39,163 bases of DNA from Chiloscyllium plagiosum (taxonomy: Eukaryota). Both the position numbers and the translations under genes were made by a program. Shown here piece by piece: positions 35,585 through 39,163 of the stretch. The notes beneath the pieces were generated by a model. It saw only the letters and a program-made list of their open reading frames with translations, made no database searches and was not told where the DNA came from. How positions within the stretch are numbered: the stretch's first letter is position 1; every line of letters starts with the position of its first letter. The DNA lies in the NCBI RefSeq assembly GCF_004010195.1, contig NW_025214922.1, positions 1 through 39,163 of the forward strand. The letters run 5' to 3'.

Positions 35585-36206
35585 AAACCATAAGTTCTAG
35601 GAGGAGTGGGCTATTTTGGCCCATTTAGTATTGTCCACCATTTGCTGACTTCATGACTGTCATAGAATCAAATAGGTATCCAGCATAGAAACTGGCCCTT
35701 CAGCCTAACTTGTTGATGTCCACCAGGTTTCCCAATTTGCCTGTGTTTGGTCCAGATCTAAGCCTTTCCTATCCATGTACGTGTCCAGATGTCTCTTAAT
35801 CGTTCTCAAATTTACTTTTTTAGCATTTTTTGCCATACCTCTTGATCCCCTTACTGATTAAAAATCTGCCTATCTCAGCCTTGATTATTCTTTAATGACT
35901 TAACCTTGACAGCTCTCTGTGGTAAAGAATTTCTCAAATTCATGATCCTCTGAAAGAAGAAATTCATCTTAAATGGGTGACTCCTTACTCTGAGATTATG
36001 CCCTCTGGCCTTAGACTTTCCCAGAAAGGTAACCTCTCCACATCTATCCTGTCAGGCCCTCTAAAAATATTTTATGATTCAATTAGATCACCTCCCCTTT
36101 TGAATCAGTACAAGCCAAACTATTCACTATTTCCTTATGAAAAAATCCTTCCATAGCCAGAATCAACCAAGTGAACCTTCTTTGAACTGTTCCCAAGGCC
36201 AGTATG
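35585..36206 (-). mobile_element. Old CR1-type 3' fragment with a nested CR1 tail (~35661-35800)
   Basis: ccataagttctaggaggagtgggctatt...aaagaatttc...tctgaaagaagaaattc...ctgagattatgccctctgg is typical reverse-complemented CR1 3' sequence. Confidence 0.7.
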
Positions 36207-39163
36207 TAGAGTCATAGAGGTGTACAGCATGGAAACAGACCCTTCGGTCCAACCTGTCCATGCCGACCAGATATCCCAAACCAATCTAGTCCCACCTGTC
36301 AGCACCCGGCCCATATCCCTCCAAACCTTTCCTATTCATGTACCCATCCAAATGTCTTTTAAATGTTGCAATTGTACCAGCTTCCACCACTTCCTCTGGC
36401 AGCTCATTCCATACTCATACTACCCTGTGTGTGAAAAAGTTATCCCTTGGGTCTCTTTTATATCTTTCCCCTCTCGCCTTAAACCTATGCCCTCTAGTTC
36501 TGGACTCCCCCACCCCAGGGAAAAGACTTTGTCTATTTATTCTATCCATGCCCCTCATAATTTTGTAAACCTCTATAAGGTCACTCCTCAACCTCCGATG
36601 ATCCAGGGAAAACAGCCCCAGCCTGTTCAGCCTCTCCCTATAACTCAAATCCTCCAACCCTGGCAACATCCTTGTAAATCTTTTCTGAACCCTTTCAAGT
36701 TTCACAACATCTTTCCAATTGGAAGGAGACCAGAATTGCACGCAATATTCCAAAAGTGGCCTAACCAGTGTCCTGTACAGCCGCAACATGACCTCCCAAC
36801 TCCTGTACTCAATACTCTGATCAATAAAAGAAAACATACCAAACGCCGTCTTCACTATCCTATCAACCTGCGACTCCACTTTCAAGGAGCTATGAACCTG
36901 CACTCCAAGGTGTCTTTGTTCAGCAACACTCCCTAGGACCTTACCATTAAATGTATAAGTCCTGCTAAGATTTGCTTTCCCAAAATGTAGTACCTCACAT
37001 TTATCTGAATTAAACACCATCTGCCACTTCTCAGCCCATTGGCCCATCTGGTCAAGATTCTGTTGTAATCTGAGGTAACCTTCTTTGCTGTCCACTACAC
37101 CTCCAATTTTGGTGTCATCTGCAAACTTACTAACTGTACCTCTTATGCTCACATCCAAATCATTTATGTAAATGACAAATAGTAGGACCCAGCACCGATC
37201 CTTGTGGCAGTCCACTGGTCACAGGCCTCCTGTCTGAAAAACAGCCCTCCACCACCACCCTTTGTCTTCTACCTTTTGAGCCAGTTCTGTATTCAAATGG
37301 CTAATTCTCCCTGTACCCTTGAGATCTAACCTTGCTAACCCGTCGCCCATGGGGAACCTTGTCGAACACCTTACTGAAATCTGTATAGATCACATCTAAC
37401 GCTCTGCCCTCATCAATCCACTTTGTTACTTCTTCAACAAACTCAATCAAGTTTGTGAGACATGATTCCCCACGCACAAAGCCATGTTGACTGTCACTAA
37501 GCAGCCCTTGCCTTTCCAAATATATGTGCATCCTGTCCCTCAGGATTCCCTCCAACAACTTGCCCACCACCAACGTCAGACTCACTGGTCTATAGTTCCC
37601 TGGCTGGTCCTTACCACCCTTCTTAAACAGTGGAACCACGTTAGCCAACCTCCAGTCTTCCAGCACCTCACCTGTGACTATCGAAGATACAGATATCTCA
37701 GCAAGAGGCCCAGCAATTGCCTATCTAGCTTCCCACAGAGTTCTAGGTCACATCTGATCAGGTCTGGGCATTTATCCACCTTTGTGTTTCAAGGCATCCA
37801 GTACTTGCTCTTCTGTAATCTGGACATTTTGCAAGGTGTCACCATCCATTTCCTTACATTCTATATCTTTCATATCCTTTTCCACAGTAAATACTGATGC
37901 AAAATACTCATTTAGTATCTTCCCCCATTTTCTGCGGCTCCACACAAAGGCTGCCTTGCTGTTCTTTGAGGGGCCCTATTCTCTCCCTAGTTACCCTTTT
38001 GTCCTTTATGTATTTGTAAAAACGCTTTGGATTCTCCTTAATTCTATTTGCCAAAGCCATCTCCTGTCCCCTTTTTGCCCTCTTGATTTCCCTGTTAAGT
38101 ATACTCCTACTGTCTTTATACTCTTCTAAGGATTCACTCGATCTATCCTGTCGATACCTTACATATGCTTTCTTCCTTTTCTTAACCAAACCCTCAATTT
38201 CTTTAGTCATCCAGCATTCCCTATACCTACCAGCCTTTCCTTTCACCCTAATAGCACTATATTTCTCTGGATTCTCGTTATCTCATTCCTGAAGACTTCC
38301 CATTTTCCAGCCGTCCCTTTACATACGAACATCTGCCCGCAATCAGCTTTTGAAAGTTATCTTCTCCAATTTAGAACTTCAACTTTTAGATCTGGTCTAT
38401 CCTTTTCCATCACTATTTTAAATCTAATAGAATTATGGTTGCTGGTCCCAAATTGGTCCTCCACTGACACCTCAGTCAACTACCCTGCCTTATTTCTCAA
38501 GGGTAGGTCAAGTTTTGCACCTTCTCTAAGCGGTACATCCGCATACTGAATCAGAAAATTGCCTTTTACACACTTATCAAATTCCTCACCATCTAAACCC
38601 TTAACACTATGGCAGTCCCACTCCATGTTTGGAAAGTTAAAATCCCCTACCATACCACCCTATTATTCTTACAGATAACTGAAATCTCCTTACAAGTTTG
38701 TTTCTCAAATTCCCTCTAACTATTAGCGGGTCTATAATACAATCCCAATAAGGGGAATCATCCCTTTCTTATTTCTCAGTTCCACCCAAATAACGTCCCT
38801 GGATGTATTTCCAGGAATATCCTCCCTCAGCACAGCTGTAATGCTATCTCTTATCAAAAGTGCCACTCCCCCTCCTCACTTGCCTCCCTTTCTATCCTTC
38901 CTGTCGCATTTGTATCCTGGGACATTAAGCTGCCAGTCCTGCTCATCCCGGAGCCATGTTTCTGTAATTGCCATGATATCCCAGTCCCATTTTCCTAACC
39001 ATGCCCGGAGTTCATCTGCCTTCCCTGTTAGGCCTCTTGCATTGAAATAAATGCAGTTTAATTGATCAGTCCTACCATGTCCCTGCCTACCTGACTGTTT
39101 GGCTCGCCCCTTTTCTCAACTGTACCAGTCTCAGATTGAAATCTTTCCTCATTATCTCCCTGG
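36207..39163 (-). mobile_element. Relatively young CR1 LINE ORF2 (endonuclease + RT), running off the window end
   Basis: Long frames with [29 protein letters not shown] and RPLLEYCVQFWSP. Tail tagagtcatagag at 36207. Several frameshifts. Confidence 0.97.

Noticed and set aside
36220..36936. 238-aa plus-strand ORF
   Set aside because: It is the antisense shadow of the CR1 RT.

Overview
This is vertebrate genomic DNA, almost certainly from a shark or other elasmobranch: it carries a HE1/V-SINE, CR1 LINEs with ...CTATGACT tails and Penelope-derived hairpins. Most of the window is retroelement debris (CR1, a second CR1/L2-type LINE, RTE, Penelope-like elements with hammerhead ribozyme motifs, tRNA-SINEs, solo LTRs). 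Two CpG-rich promoters lie about 10 kb apart and point away from each other. The one at ~23.1-23.75 kb drives a minus-strand gene whose first exon looks non-coding, and the left 23 kb is probably its intronic sequence. The one at ~33.1-33.5 kb precedes a 79-codon first exon resembling a mitochondrial-targeted protein. I cannot name either gene. The outstanding feature is a defective endogenous retrovirus at 9361-~12237 (minus strand), inserted into a SINE. In it, pro-pol and most of env are replaced by an intronless, poly(A)-less copy of the host RBPMS2 coding sequence (gag - RBPMS2 - env TM stub - PPT - LTR), the layout of a gene-transducing retrovirus. Most supplied ORFs are repeat fragments or spurious.
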